IMG/VR virus record: IMGVR_UViG_3300031454_000255
Location: 1,779 to 65,778 of that record
Direction: 5' to 3' (one strand)
Origin: a virus
DNA: 64,000 nt
In this document: positions 7,583-17,969 of the stretch, one piece after another
Layout of the letters: the number at the start of each line of letters is the position of its first letter
How positions within the stretch are numbered: position 1 is the first letter of the stretch
Made by a program: the position numbers and the translations under genes
Notes under the pieces: generated by a model
The model's input: the letters and a program-made list of their open reading frames with translations, nothing else
What the model was told of the DNA's origin: nothing
Databases searched by the model: none

Positions 7583-10321
7583 TTATGCCGCGACGTGAGT
7601 GACCGTGCCGTCGGCGTTGAATACCAATTTACGCCCGTCAATCGCCCAACCAATCTGCGGCTGTGTTGAAACAAGATGAATCACGCCGGTCGCCGCATCG
7701 CGGTAAACCATCATTCCGTGACCGTTTGCTTCAATTAATTCAAGCTGCGGTCGACCGCCGTCCGGTGAAACAATGCTGCGAACCGGTTGTTTCTTATTAA
7801 CAAAGTTCGTTGCCCGGCTGTTGTATTCGGGGGCATTAGCTAAAAGTGGATCGAGAACGTCCCGCTGGTAGCGGTTGCGGGATTCAATGTAACTGCCGCG
7901 GTCGCTCCGCGTGATAAAATCCGAAACCGAACCGGCAGACCATCGCGTCGCGTTATGGGTAGCCAAATCGCTTCCGCCCGCTTCCGGTCGATTGAGAAAG
8001 TAGTCATTCGCGCTGATAATGCCCGCGCCCGCGCCCGGCACGTCTTCAAATGTGCCGTAAGTCGGACCGCAAACATAAAGATTATCGTGAGTGATAAAGG
8101 TCATAGCCGCGCCGAAAAACACTTTCGACTGAACCAAGGTGCCGCCTTCGACGATAAAACCGCCGCGAGTAAACGCGCCGCCCGCTTTATTCAGGAAAAA
8201 CTCCATTCGTTCATCTTGCCCGCCATTAACACGAATTGTATTAAAGACGTTTGTGCTTCTGATAAATGTCGTTCCGTTTGCCACTCTGCCCGTCACGGGC
8301 GAATATGCCGATCCTAAAGTACCGATCGTGTGATGCGAGTTGATTTCCAAATAGCCCGCTTCCAAAACATCGTAAGCGATGCCGCCGTCCGGCACATAGG
8401 AAAACGGCGTGTTGAATATAACCGAGTTATTTACAGAATTAGACCGATAGCCGATTGAATTAAGATCGAAAATCGGTTCATTAAAAACCATATTTTCGAC
8501 TTCCATATCCGTTCCCGATGTCGGGTAATAATCGACGCCGACGCCCGCGCCTTTAAACCAGCAGCGATTGTAAACAACATTAAAAATCGGATTCATACCG
8601 GTTAATAAAATTAACGACGTGCCGGTTGTCGATACCGATTCAAGACGCATATCTGAAAAGACGTTGTTTTTCCATTGCGGGTCGGTATTGGCGGCATCTG
8701 ATTGAATCTTAAACAGGGATGTTCCGGCCAGCATTGACCGAAAGCCGGTCGTTCTCTGACTTCCGCCCTCCATCATTATGCCCTGCGGCATCGTATGCCC
8801 GCCGTTTGTCTGCCACATTCCGTCCGGAACGTAACCCCGCGTGCCGGGTCTTAAAGCTGCAATCCAGCTATCTATCGCCGCCGTATTCTGCGCGGTCGTG
8901 CCGCCGCCGGAAATGTAATTCCCTAAATTAACAACCGGCATTCCGGCTTTCGATTGAACGTAAGTAGTCAAGGACGCGTTATCTGCCGCCGCGCCGCCGA
9001 GAGTCGCAAAAGTTGACGTACCCGTGCCGCTGCCAGCCGGACCGGTCGCACCCTGAATTCCTTGCGGTCCCTGCGCTCCGGTCGCGCCTTTGATGTTGGC
9101 GACAACCGAGTAACTGCCGCTCGTTTGTCTGTAAACGTCGCCGTTCAGGTTATTAAGCCAGAAATCACCGTCGACATTATTGGTTGGCGGTGCGCCGCTA
9201 CCGGCTCGCCAAACGGCTCCGGGAGCGCCTGCTGGTCCAACCGTTCCGGTGCCGGTGCCTGAGCCCGCCGGACCCGTTGCGCCTTGAATTCCCTGCGGTC
9301 CTTGCGCGCCTGCTGCACCTTTAATATTAGCGACGACCCCGTAGTTGCCGTTCGTTTGTTTATAGACATCGCCATTCAAATTATTTAACCAGTAATCGCC
9401 GTTAGCGTGATTGGTTGGCGGAGGACCATCACCATTGCGCCAAACGGCGCCGGGAGTTCCCGCCGCGCCCTGCGGTCCGGCTGCACCGCTCCCCGACGCG
9501 GCAAACAGTCCGTTAAGTCGGGCGGCTAAAGAATTGCCCGTGTCCGGTGAGATAACTGCCGATGCCTGTAATTCGTTGGGCGCGACACCTGTTCCGAGCA
9601 TCCGAATCGAGGTAGTATCGGTATGCAAAACGCCTGATGTTCCGCTGCCCGTTCCCGCCGCGCCCTGGTAGTTTTTCCACAGTCCGGCGAAATCCGCCGC
9701 CGCCGGTGCATTGATTGCCGCTGCGCTCGTTTTGATAGCAATATAGTTTTTCGCCGCGCTGAAGGTTGTCGTAAAACCTGTGCCGTTTGCGTCGTCGGCA
9801 TAAGCGATATAAATATAAGCCGGAATGCCCTTTGCGCCTTTAATATTGGCGACGACTTGATACGAGTTAGGACCGCCAAGCTGCTTGTAGACGTCGCCGT
9901 TCAAATTGTTGAGCCAGTAATCGCCGTCGGCGTGATTAGTCGGCGGCGGACCGTCCCCATTGCGCCATACCGTTCCTGTACCGCCCGGACCGCCTGCCGG
10001 AATCGTATATGTTCCGATGCCGTTTAAGAATTTCAATGCGTCATTCGGCAGCTTCGGCGCGAAACCGTGCTTTGCCGTCGACACGTCATTGGTTACAACA
10101 TCGGTAATTGCAAGCGAAACATCAGTTGCCGTGCCGCTTCCGCCGCCGCCGATTATGTTCCAGCCCGAATTTGACGAATTACGAACTTTTCGCGTAATTG
10201 GTGATGTCGACGTGTCGTTCCATTCGATGCCGGCGCGAATCAGACTGCCCGTCGGCTCCGTCGCCTGGTTATACGCGCTCGGGTGAAGCGAATTCAATTC
10301 GTGATGTTCTATAAATGCCAT
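7583..10321 (-). CDS. Tail fibre/spike with collagen-like repeats and C-terminal beta-helix (pectate-lyase-like) domain
   Basis: GAQGPQGIQGATGPAG repeats, three VWRxGxGxPPTN..DGDYWLNNLNGDVY modules, and the GGGTTAQNTAAIDSWIAAL...YVPDGMW beta-helix start. Confidence 0.8.
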   Translation of the reverse strand: MAFIEHHELNSLHPSAYNQATEPTGSLIRAGIEWNDTSTSPITRKVRNSSNSGWNIIGGGGSGTATDVSLAITDVVTNDVSTAKHGFAPKLPNDALKFLNGIGTYTIPAGGPGGTGTVWRNGDGPPPTNHADGDYWLNNLNGDVYKQLGGPNSYQVVANIKGAKGIPAYIYIAYADDANGTGFTTTFSAAKNYIAIKTSAAAINAPAAADFAGLWKNYQGAAGTGSGTSGVLHTDTTSIRMLGTGVAPNELQASAVISPDTGNSLAARLNGLFAASGSGAAGPQGAAGTPGAVWRNGDGPPPTNHANGDYWLNNLNGDVYKQTNGNYGVVANIKGAAGAQGPQGIQGATGPAGSGTGTGTVGPAGAPGAVWRAGSGAPPTNNVDGDFWLNNLNGDVYRQTSGSYSVVANIKGATGAQGPQGIQGATGPAGSGTGTSTFATLGGAAADNASLTTYVQSKAGMPVVNLGNYISGGGTTAQNTAAIDSWIAALRPGTRGYVPDGMWQTNGGHTMPQGIMMEGGSQRTTGFRSMLAGTSLFKIQSDAANTDPQWKNNVFSDMRLESVSTTGTSLILLTGMNPIFNVVYNRCWFKGAGVGVDYYPTSGTDMEVENMVFNEPIFDLNSIGYRSNSVNNSVIFNTPFSYVPDGGIAYDVLEAGYLEINSHHTIGTLGSAYSPVTGRVANGTTFIRSTNVFNTIRVNGGQDERMEFFLNKAGGAFTRGGFIVEGGTLVQSKVFFGAAMTFITHDNLYVCGPTYGTFEDVPGAGAGIISANDYFLNRPEAGGSDLATHNATRWSAGSVSDFITRSDRGSYIESRNRYQRDVLDPLLANAPEYNSRATNFVNKKQPVRSIVSPDGGRPQLELIEANGHGMMVYRDAATGVIHLVSTQPQIGWAIDGRKLVFNADGTVTHVAA
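9090..9970 (-). repeat. Three dispersed ~40-aa repeats plus duplicated collagen-like spacers within the fibre gene
   Basis: Repeat consensus VWRNGDGPPPTNHA(D/N)GDYWLNNLNGDVYKQ...Y.VVANIKGA; synonymous differences between copies are visible in the DNA. Confidence 0.9.
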
Positions 10322-10368
10322 ATATTTATGAGGTAAGAGACGGAGCGGTTAATTTCCCTTTTGGGTAA

Positions 10369-12846
10369 TTATCTGAGAGCGACAACCTTAATCGTCGGCG
10401 TGCCAAGTGCTACAGCGACGTCGCTCGGATTGGAAAAACGAAGGAAAATATGACCGTTTGCGTCTACTGTACAAAGTGTTATTCCGACATCGGCGGGAAA
10501 ATTCTGCGCAATCGTCGATGCCGCGCATACGTCGCCGGTCAATGCGCCCGGAAAATTGAAAGGCAAGGTAATGGTTGAGTGCGCGGCAATCGAAGTTCCG
10601 GCAGATACGTTCAGAACAACATTCGGAAGTGTTGTTGTGCTTGTGCCGCCGCCCGTGCCGCCGAACGGCGTGAAATCAGTCGGCGCCGTCGCAATTCCCG
10701 CCGCTCGAGCCGTTGTCACAATCCAGCCGACGGGTGCTGTCGGAGTGACGCCTGCGCCGCCGTTCCAGAAAATATCACCGAGCCGAGTCAGTCCCGCTCC
10801 CGGCAATGCGCCCGCACCGTTGATAAAATTCCATTGCCTCAATGCGCTCGGCGCAGTGTTTGTACCAAAACGCATAGGCAACGGTGAATAATTAAATCCG
10901 TTAAAGCCGATTTGAAAAGCTAATTCGTTTGCTTTGAAAAACTCAAAATCCGCGCCGCCGCTGACCGTCGAAAATATTAATGATTTGTTATAAAATGCCC
11001 CATTACCGGAGACGCTGCGTATTTTTGAGTTGTCGTTCGGTCGATTTGCCGGAGAAGGTATTTCATCACCCATATTGCCGACTTCCAATCCATTCAGCGC
11101 AGTATTTAATCCTTCGATTGAATTGGCAAAAAGTGTGCTTGTCGCGCCGTTTCCCATCATTATTTTCCCGATACCGAGGTTAGGGTCGGTATTTCCGAAC
11201 GACGCGGGAAGTCCCGTAGCAGGAGCCAACATTTGAACGACACTGGAGCGATTGCCGGTAATTGTCGTGCCGTAAGAAAAACCGTCGATAAAGCCAACCA
11301 GCACTCTGAAAGTACCGACATTGTTCGCGATAACATTTACGCCATAACTGTCGGTAATAACAATCGGAATAACATAACCTGTACCGCCGCCGCCGTAAAT
11401 AGTGTTTCCGGTTATTAAAACACCCTGCGCATTTCTGATTCTAATAACTCCGTAATTTGACGCACCGCCCCCAAAGTCGTTGAATTGATTGCCGCTAACG
11501 ACTAAATTCCACATCTCATCCGTATCGGTGGCGTCAATCGCTCTTAAATCGCTATACGTAATCGGTTCGCCGTATCTGTCGATTCCGATATTAGTAGCAG
11601 TGCCGCCCGCTGCCGGTAAATCTTGAATACCTTCAAAATTATTATTGGTTATTGACCAGGAATGCCCGATATTTTGAATCGAGGTTCCAAGGTCGCTAAA
11701 AGAAGAAGCGTCAATTTGACCGAGGTTACTTTCACCGACAAAAATCGTTTCCGCTCTTACTCCTCGACCTCTGATTCCAACCATTCCAAACTTAAAAACA
11801 CAGCCCTTTATAGAAAAAACCGTCGTACTCGCCAGCAGTAATAACGCTTTTGCGTGGTAAGAGGTGTTTCCGCCGCCCGCAAATGTGCAGTTATTAAATG
11901 ATATGCCGCCGTTATCACCGCTGTTATTGAGCGCATCACGATTAATATCAAAAAGATAACCCGTAAAACCCGACGAATTATAGTCAAAGGTTACGTTGTT
12001 GGCAGAGAAATTATTGACGGCGTGCGCGACAAACGCCGATTCCGCGCCCGAGCCGGTATAAGTTATTGAAGAACGGGCTTTAAATGTTCCGGCTGGCGCG
12101 CCGTTGATTGTTATTCCCAGTGATCTGTTGATATTTATCGGCGTCGAGTAAGTATATCTGCCTTTTTCTACCAATTGGATTATCGTCGTTGTGTAGTTAC
12201 GAGATTTGCCGACATCGAGCATTCTCTGCATCGAAGCCGCGTTATCGGTTTCAGGAACGATGCCGAACCATTCAAAATAACATTTCTCGAATTTCGCCTG
12301 CGATAAATCGACGTCGCCCGTCCCGGTGAGATTGAAAATCTTATCCGCGCCCGCTCTGATTTCACCCTGAACAACTAAAGTGCCGCCCGTGATATTCAAA
12401 ACACCGCCGCGTTCTATTTCGAGAACGACGTTGGAAGGAATCGTTTGATTTGCGGATATGCTGATCGGGGAAGTTATCGATAGCACGTTCGGACTGGTCG
12501 TGTAAGCGGCAACCGCCGTGACCGCCGCACCAAACGAAGAATAGGACGCGGCGTTATTTTCACCCGTCACGGTCGTGACCGTATTCGTGACGTTATTAGT
12601 TGTCGTGCCGCTGATTACGCCGTCTTTAGTGACACTATTCGCCGGATTGCAGAAATAATCTCCGTAACCTTCGACAAACCATTTTTTGCCAGCGTCGGTG
12701 GCGTAACTGCACGTCAGAGCGTCGAGCTGCGATTTTGTAATGCGCGTCGCCGTCGTCGTTCGCGGTCTGGTTTGAGCGCCTGCGCCGAAAAATCCGCCTA
12801 AAATTAACTGGCAAAAAAGTGCTGTGATTAAAAATCTTTGTTTCAT
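10369..12846 (-). CDS. Beta-helix depolymerase/tailspike-like protein with an apparent Sec signal peptide
   Basis: N-terminus MKQRFLITALFCQLILGGFFGAGA|Q; EWFGIVPETDNAASMQRMLD pectate-lyase-like start; Asn/Gly-rich beta-helix repeats. Confidence 0.65.
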   Translation of the reverse strand: MKQRFLITALFCQLILGGFFGAGAQTRPRTTTATRITKSQLDALTCSYATDAGKKWFVEGYGDYFCNPANSVTKDGVISGTTTNNVTNTVTTVTGENNAASYSSFGAAVTAVAAYTTSPNVLSITSPISISANQTIPSNVVLEIERGGVLNITGGTLVVQGEIRAGADKIFNLTGTGDVDLSQAKFEKCYFEWFGIVPETDNAASMQRMLDVGKSRNYTTTIIQLVEKGRYTYSTPININRSLGITINGAPAGTFKARSSITYTGSGAESAFVAHAVNNFSANNVTFDYNSSGFTGYLFDINRDALNNSGDNGGISFNNCTFAGGGNTSYHAKALLLLASTTVFSIKGCVFKFGMVGIRGRGVRAETIFVGESNLGQIDASSFSDLGTSIQNIGHSWSITNNNFEGIQDLPAAGGTATNIGIDRYGEPITYSDLRAIDATDTDEMWNLVVSGNQFNDFGGGASNYGVIRIRNAQGVLITGNTIYGGGGTGYVIPIVITDSYGVNVIANNVGTFRVLVGFIDGFSYGTTITGNRSSVVQMLAPATGLPASFGNTDPNLGIGKIMMGNGATSTLFANSIEGLNTALNGLEVGNMGDEIPSPANRPNDNSKIRSVSGNGAFYNKSLIFSTVSGGADFEFFKANELAFQIGFNGFNYSPLPMRFGTNTAPSALRQWNFINGAGALPGAGLTRLGDIFWNGGAGVTPTAPVGWIVTTARAAGIATAPTDFTPFGGTGGGTSTTTLPNVVLNVSAGTSIAAHSTITLPFNFPGALTGDVCAASTIAQNFPADVGITLCTVDANGHIFLRFSNPSDVAVALGTPTIKVVALR

Positions 12847-12864
12847 ATATTTATTTTCTTTTTC

Positions 12865-13995
12865 CTAACTCGGTGTCGCGCCCAAATCGTCGGCGACCTG
12901 CATTAAAATTTGCAGCACGTCTTCGGTTTGCGCCGCATTAACATCTAAAGTTTTCAAAGTAAGACCGCCCGCGATTGAGTAATCGGCAAAGGTGCGATTC
13001 ACAATTTTGTCTTCGGTGACGGTGCGGGCAAAATTTATAATTTTCACTAAGTCGTTGTAATCAATGTTGAAATTTACCGTTCTGGTTACTGCGAAAGCAC
13101 CGGAATATCCGGTCAAAGAAGTTCCCGCCTGCAAATCGGTGATTAAAGTTCCGGTATAAGCCCTCAAATCGCTCAATTGACCGTCCGTTTCATTCAGAGC
13201 TTTGAGGCTAAACGGATTCGTGATTGTGTAGCCTGACAAAGCCGCGCCGCCGCCCGGGGTGTTTGCCGGATTAACGGCAATGGTGAACGATTTATCGATT
13301 GCCGCGCTCCCACCGGCGTCCGTCACTCTGATAACGGTTGAGTAACCCGAGCCTTGCGGATTGGAAATCGTCAGCAGTCCGGCGGGCGTCGGCGGCGCGT
13401 TCAGATTGCCCGCCACGCCCGCAAACGTATAAGGCGGAGTGCCGCCCGCCGCTTGAAACTGATAAGTGTACGACACGCCCGTCGTCGCTGCGGGAAGCGC
13501 AGACGGCGAAGTAAAAGAGAGCGCAGACGGCGATGGTGTCGGCGTTGGTGTCGGCGCGGGCATAACCCCGACCGCGCCCAAATACGGAACCTCGAAATCA
13601 TTCGCTCTGCTTCCTGCATACGGATCGCAGATGATCGTAATCGTGAGCGTCGGGAGCCACGATTTATGTCCTTCGTGCGGGAAATCAAAGAATTCATAAC
13701 GACAGCCCTCGATAACCAGCCCTCGTTTTTGAGTAAACGGAAACGTCAGGGACTTTTGCCGTTCATTGTAATGATTGACGAAAATCGCTAAATTATCGAC
13801 ATCCGCCTGCCGCCTTAAATCAAACTGAAACACTCTGTGCCATCTCTGCGGCGCGACATCGTTCAGACGGTTGAAGGCTTTGCCCTGGTCTTCGTAAGTA
13901 TGCGTGGCGGTCACGGCTTGCCAGTCAGCCGGTTCTTTCCGGTAGTGAAAAGTCGGCTGATTAATTGGCGGGTAAAATGGATTCGTTGCTGGCAT
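12865..13995 (-). CDS. Distal tail-like protein with a Pro/Thr linker and a putative Ig (He_PIG-like) domain
   Basis: Directly follows the tape-measure gene; PTPTPTPSPS linker, then LPAATTGVSYTYQFQAAGGTPPYTF...VIRVTDAGG. Confidence 0.6.
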   Translation of the reverse strand: MPATNPFYPPINQPTFHYRKEPADWQAVTATHTYEDQGKAFNRLNDVAPQRWHRVFQFDLRRQADVDNLAIFVNHYNERQKSLTFPFTQKRGLVIEGCRYEFFDFPHEGHKSWLPTLTITIICDPYAGSRANDFEVPYLGAVGVMPAPTPTPTPSPSALSFTSPSALPAATTGVSYTYQFQAAGGTPPYTFAGVAGNLNAPPTPAGLLTISNPQGSGYSTVIRVTDAGGSAAIDKSFTIAVNPANTPGGGAALSGYTITNPFSLKALNETDGQLSDLRAYTGTLITDLQAGTSLTGYSGAFAVTRTVNFNIDYNDLVKIINFARTVTEDKIVNRTFADYSIAGGLTLKTLDVNAAQTEDVLQILMQVADDLGATPS

Positions 13996-16900
13996 TAACC
14001 GTCCACCGTCCTTAAAATTAATCCGTGTAAATCGCCCCTGTTCGAGACGTTATTGCTGACGACGCCCAAAATATGCGAGTCATTCGATTTGGCGATGATA
14101 TTTACCGTATGAACGACTTGCTGCGGTGCGTTGCGTGTTGTTTCCCGTCGTTTGTCTTCGGATTCGCCGCTCGAAAAAGCCGTCCCGCCATTGCTCGAAC
14201 CGCTTCTGCCTTGTGTCGTTTTTATTTCACCATTCGAGCCGCTTGATATTTGGGACTCTTTCTTAAACGAATTCGCTGAATTTTGGTTTGAGCTTCCCGC
14301 TAATGCTCGCCCCGCTAATGCAGTCCCAACAGCAAGAGCCGCCCAAAGCCCCGCTGAGATAAAAGCGTGACCCGCCGCCGCAAAATTACCTTCTGCCAGA
14401 TTCAAAAATCCAAGTGCTGTTGCGTAAAGAGCTTTGACCGTTGCCACGCCTGCGATGTGCGCGAGTTCGGCGGCAAGAGCCTGTTTAAGAGCCTTTCCGA
14501 CGCTTCCGCCGTATAACGCCCATTGCTGAATAGCGTTGCCGACGGCGTTAGTCATACCTTCAAAAGCGCCGACAGCAATATCGCCAAACGCCGATAATGT
14601 ATCGCCAAAACCGCGTATACCGTCTTGTTTTTCGAGCAGCTTTGTTAGTCCGGTAGTAAACGCGCCGAAAAACCCGCTTTCCGCGCTCGTATCAGTAATT
14701 TCTTTGCCAACTCCGTCACGGATTCTTTTTAATTGGTCTTGGAAATCCTGTTCGGAAATCTTGGTTTTATTTTTATAAAGTTCATCAATCGCCGCTTTTT
14801 GTTCGGCTTCGTTTATCGCGCCTTTGACTCTTTCAGTCGCGGCATTGTGTTCAAACTCAATCGCTTCGGCATCGCTTGTGTGCTTTTCGGCGGCGATTTT
14901 TGTTTCAAAATCATAAAGTTCACGCAAAGCAGCAATCCGCGCCTTACCGAAACTGGAATTAACTCTTGTCTCTAAATCTTCTCGTTTTGAATCGTTTTGA
15001 ACTTTTTTCAGTTCTGCGTCTGCTTTTTTGACGGCAACAGTCAATTGACTAAGATTCGCGCTGGCTTTTTTTGATGCCTCGTCGCTTGCTTCAGTTTCTT
15101 TGTTGATAGCTTGGGTAACTAAAGTTGAAGTGGCAGTGCGCTGCGTCGAAAGGGAAGTTTCGAGAACGGCAACTCTATTTTTTGTCTCAAGCTGCTTAGC
15201 CGGTGATAAATCCTTATTGAGCGCAAGCCGTTTGGTTAATTCGAGTTCGTCACGAATTGCATCCTCTTTTATTTTTTGTTCGTCACGAATTCGAGAGGCT
15301 TCGCGCTGATTACTCAAAGTTGCGAAATTCGCGGCTTCGGCTAATCGCTGCTTATTACTCGCCTCATATCTTTCAAGAGTGAATTTATATTCATCTTCGG
15401 CAATCGCTACGCGCTTATTTGCCGCCGTTTGAGTTTCCTTGACGGATTCCTTTTGCGCGTCGGCAATTAGTTTTTCGTTTGCCTTTATGCGCTTCGAGCT
15501 TTCATCATTGATAGCGTCAATTGACGTTCGTTCATCCGTTCGGATTGCTTTTCTTGCCGTCGGATTTTTTTCACGACCGGCTTTTACGTCAAACTCATTC
15601 GCGGTAAGTTGAATTAATTTTGCGACAAATTGTCTCTCGTTTTCAAGGTAATTTTCACGGAATTTTTCAGCCGTGACAGCGCGATTTTCAAAATTATCTC
15701 TTGTGAGTCCGTCTAATGTTTCGTAGCCTTTTTTGAACTGTTCAATAGTTGCGGTATTTAACTTTTCAACCGCGTCAAGTTGTTCTTTTTCTGCTTTTTC
15801 GCGTTCCTTTTTTGCTTTTTCGGATTCTTCCCGCTGGTTGTCAAGCGGAGGCAAAAACGGCGAATTCGTGTTCACGCTTCCGTTCGGATTAGGCGTATCA
15901 GTTAAATTCGGAAGCGTATTGTCTGCTTTCGGCGCGGGCGCTCCGCCCGCCAAACCTTGTTTTATTCCCTCAAATATCGCCGCTCCGATTGCCATACCCG
16001 CCCGAATCAATTCCGGCACTAGCTTCAAGAGCGTGAAAGGGAGTTTAACGAATTGTTCAACAGCAAAAGCGATTCCTAAAGTGACTGCTTTGCCGAATGC
16101 GACTAATGCTTCCGTGCCGTACTGAAATAAAGCCGTGCCTAAAAGTTTCAGAATCTTGGAACTAGAATCAAGAATGGTTGTAAAAATCCGCACGGAAACT
16201 TCAACCGCTTTTGTAATTATGCCTTTGAAGGTTTCCCACGCGCCTGACCAGTTGCCGTTAATTAACTGCATTGCTAGTTTGACAACGCCTTGGATTAAAT
16301 CAACACCAGCCGATATGATTCCTTTAATACCGTTCCAAGTGGTAGAAACAATATCGGTAATTTGTCCGCCGTAATCTTTCCAGAAACCGCGGACGACTTC
16401 CAAAAAACCCTTAACAATGTTTTTAACCGCCTCCGATACGGTAGAAACGGTTTCTTGAATTAACGGATAATTGTCTTTCCAAAAAGCTACGATGTCAGCA
16501 ACGACGGATTGCGTTAAATTACTAATGACGCTCATCGCCGATTCAATTACAGATGAAACGGCATCGAAAATCTCTTTTGTAATATCACGGATGCCGCCGA
16601 AATTTGTTTCCCACGCTTCGTAAACGGCGAATGATGCCGCTGTCAGTAATCCGATAACACCAACAATACCCGCCACTACCGGCAGAATAGTCGATAAGCC
16701 GCCCAACGCCGTTATTGCGCCGCCGATAGCGGTTATACCTGTAATTACCGAACCGATTACAACTAGCGCGGGCGCGAGCGCGGCAAGAAAACCGCCGACG
16801 GCAACGATAATCGTTTTCAAAGTTGGTGAAAGCGAACTAAAAGCATTGGAAAGCGTTTCAATATACGGCGATATTTTCTCTATCGCCGGAACGACGGCAT

Positions 16901-17720
16901 TCAAAATTATTTCACCGAGCGGCGCAAGCGCGACATTTGCCCGCTCAAATCCTTTTGCCAATTTGACCGTTAAGTTATCGGTGATGTTTCCGACACGCGG
17001 GTCTTTATCAACGGCATCACTCAAACCGTTGAGAAAGCTGTCGAGTGTTAATTTTCCTGATTCTTTTAACTCTTTTAATTTTGAAGTGTCATTTGTTTTA
17101 AAAGCTGATTTTAAAAGCTGGTCAAAAATCGGAACTTGTCCAATTGCTTCTCTAATATCGCGCGTGTTGAAATCTTTAGAGAAAATTTGAACAAGATTCC
17201 GATTGAATTTTTCGCCATCCTCAATCTTAAAAGCCGCGTTTAATTTCCCAATCGACGCGATGATTTTATTAATTGATTCGTCGGCAATCCCGCCGATACC
17301 CTTAAATTGAGCGAAAGTATTGAGAGCGTCTTTTTGCAGAACGCCGACTGAATTATTAGCAAGGCTTCGGAGTTCGGCAATCTTTTTGTTGGCTGTATCG
17401 GCGTCGCCGACGAGCGCAATCATTTTCGTTCTGACGGCATCGAGTTCTAACGCCGCTTTTACGCCAAGCCCGCCGATTGCCAAAAGCGGCGCGGTTAAAG
17501 CAAGTGATAATTTCGTGCCGACGCTGGTGATTGACGCGCCGATTTTGCCGAACGATTCCGAAAGTTGGTTGCCGCCCGCCGTTAAATGATTAAAATTGTT
17601 TTGGATTTGATTGACTTGAACATTTATCGTTTGCGCGAGTTGGCTAATTGCCGTCGCCGCGCCCGCCGTATTTGCGTTTACGTTAAATGTAAGCCCAACA
17701 TTTGAGTTGCCAAAAGCCAT
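13995..17720 (-). CDS. Tail tape-measure protein 1 (1241 aa)
   Basis: Lies between the chaperone gene and the distal tail gene; tape-measure-type N-domain, aromatic-spaced hydrophobic repeats (WETNFGGIRD, FWKDNY, WSGAWE) and a long coiled coil. Confidence 0.9.
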   Translation of the reverse strand: MAFGNSNVGLTFNVNANTAGAATAISQLAQTINVQVNQIQNNFNHLTAGGNQLSESFGKIGASITSVGTKLSLALTAPLLAIGGLGVKAALELDAVRTKMIALVGDADTANKKIAELRSLANNSVGVLQKDALNTFAQFKGIGGIADESINKIIASIGKLNAAFKIEDGEKFNRNLVQIFSKDFNTRDIREAIGQVPIFDQLLKSAFKTNDTSKLKELKESGKLTLDSFLNGLSDAVDKDPRVGNITDNLTVKLAKGFERANVALAPLGEIILNAVVPAIEKISPYIETLSNAFSSLSPTLKTIIVAVGGFLAALAPALVVIGSVITGITAIGGAITALGGLSTILPVVAGIVGVIGLLTAASFAVYEAWETNFGGIRDITKEIFDAVSSVIESAMSVISNLTQSVVADIVAFWKDNYPLIQETVSTVSEAVKNIVKGFLEVVRGFWKDYGGQITDIVSTTWNGIKGIISAGVDLIQGVVKLAMQLINGNWSGAWETFKGIITKAVEVSVRIFTTILDSSSKILKLLGTALFQYGTEALVAFGKAVTLGIAFAVEQFVKLPFTLLKLVPELIRAGMAIGAAIFEGIKQGLAGGAPAPKADNTLPNLTDTPNPNGSVNTNSPFLPPLDNQREESEKAKKEREKAEKEQLDAVEKLNTATIEQFKKGYETLDGLTRDNFENRAVTAEKFRENYLENERQFVAKLIQLTANEFDVKAGREKNPTARKAIRTDERTSIDAINDESSKRIKANEKLIADAQKESVKETQTAANKRVAIAEDEYKFTLERYEASNKQRLAEAANFATLSNQREASRIRDEQKIKEDAIRDELELTKRLALNKDLSPAKQLETKNRVAVLETSLSTQRTATSTLVTQAINKETEASDEASKKASANLSQLTVAVKKADAELKKVQNDSKREDLETRVNSSFGKARIAALRELYDFETKIAAEKHTSDAEAIEFEHNAATERVKGAINEAEQKAAIDELYKNKTKISEQDFQDQLKRIRDGVGKEITDTSAESGFFGAFTTGLTKLLEKQDGIRGFGDTLSAFGDIAVGAFEGMTNAVGNAIQQWALYGGSVGKALKQALAAELAHIAGVATVKALYATALGFLNLAEGNFAAAGHAFISAGLWAALAVGTALAGRALAGSSNQNSANSFKKESQISSGSNGEIKTTQGRSGSSNGGTAFSSGESEDKRRETTRNAPQQVVHTVNIIAKSNDSHILGVVSNNVSNRGDLHGLILRTVDG

Positions 17721-17725
17721 TTAGT

Positions 17726-17969
17726 CTACCAAATTTCAGGTTCTTGTGTATCGTTAGTGTTTTCGGGCGACCCCATAAGCATTGAACTTAAAACTTCAAA
17801 GCGTTTTGTTTCGCGTTCGTTATCAAAACGAATTAGCCGAGCCGTGCAAGCCGCGTCAAAACCATAGGCACGAACCCCACTGGTTACCTTGTGCCGAACG
17901 CTTGCCGGAACGCCCGTTTCACGCATTACCAACGCAATTAAAAGCAGGTAGTCATCATTTTCCAGAAAA
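17726..17969 (-). CDS. Tail assembly chaperone T-frame (GT extension) 1
   Basis: +1 frame relative to G, entered at TTT TCT: FLENDDYLLLIALVMRETG...FDAACTARL..FDNER. Confidence 0.7.

Noticed and set aside
7583-12846. Diversity-generating retroelement acting on the fibre genes
   Set aside because: No reverse transcriptase in the window and no template/variable repeat pair differing at adenines; the repeats differ mainly at synonymous sites.
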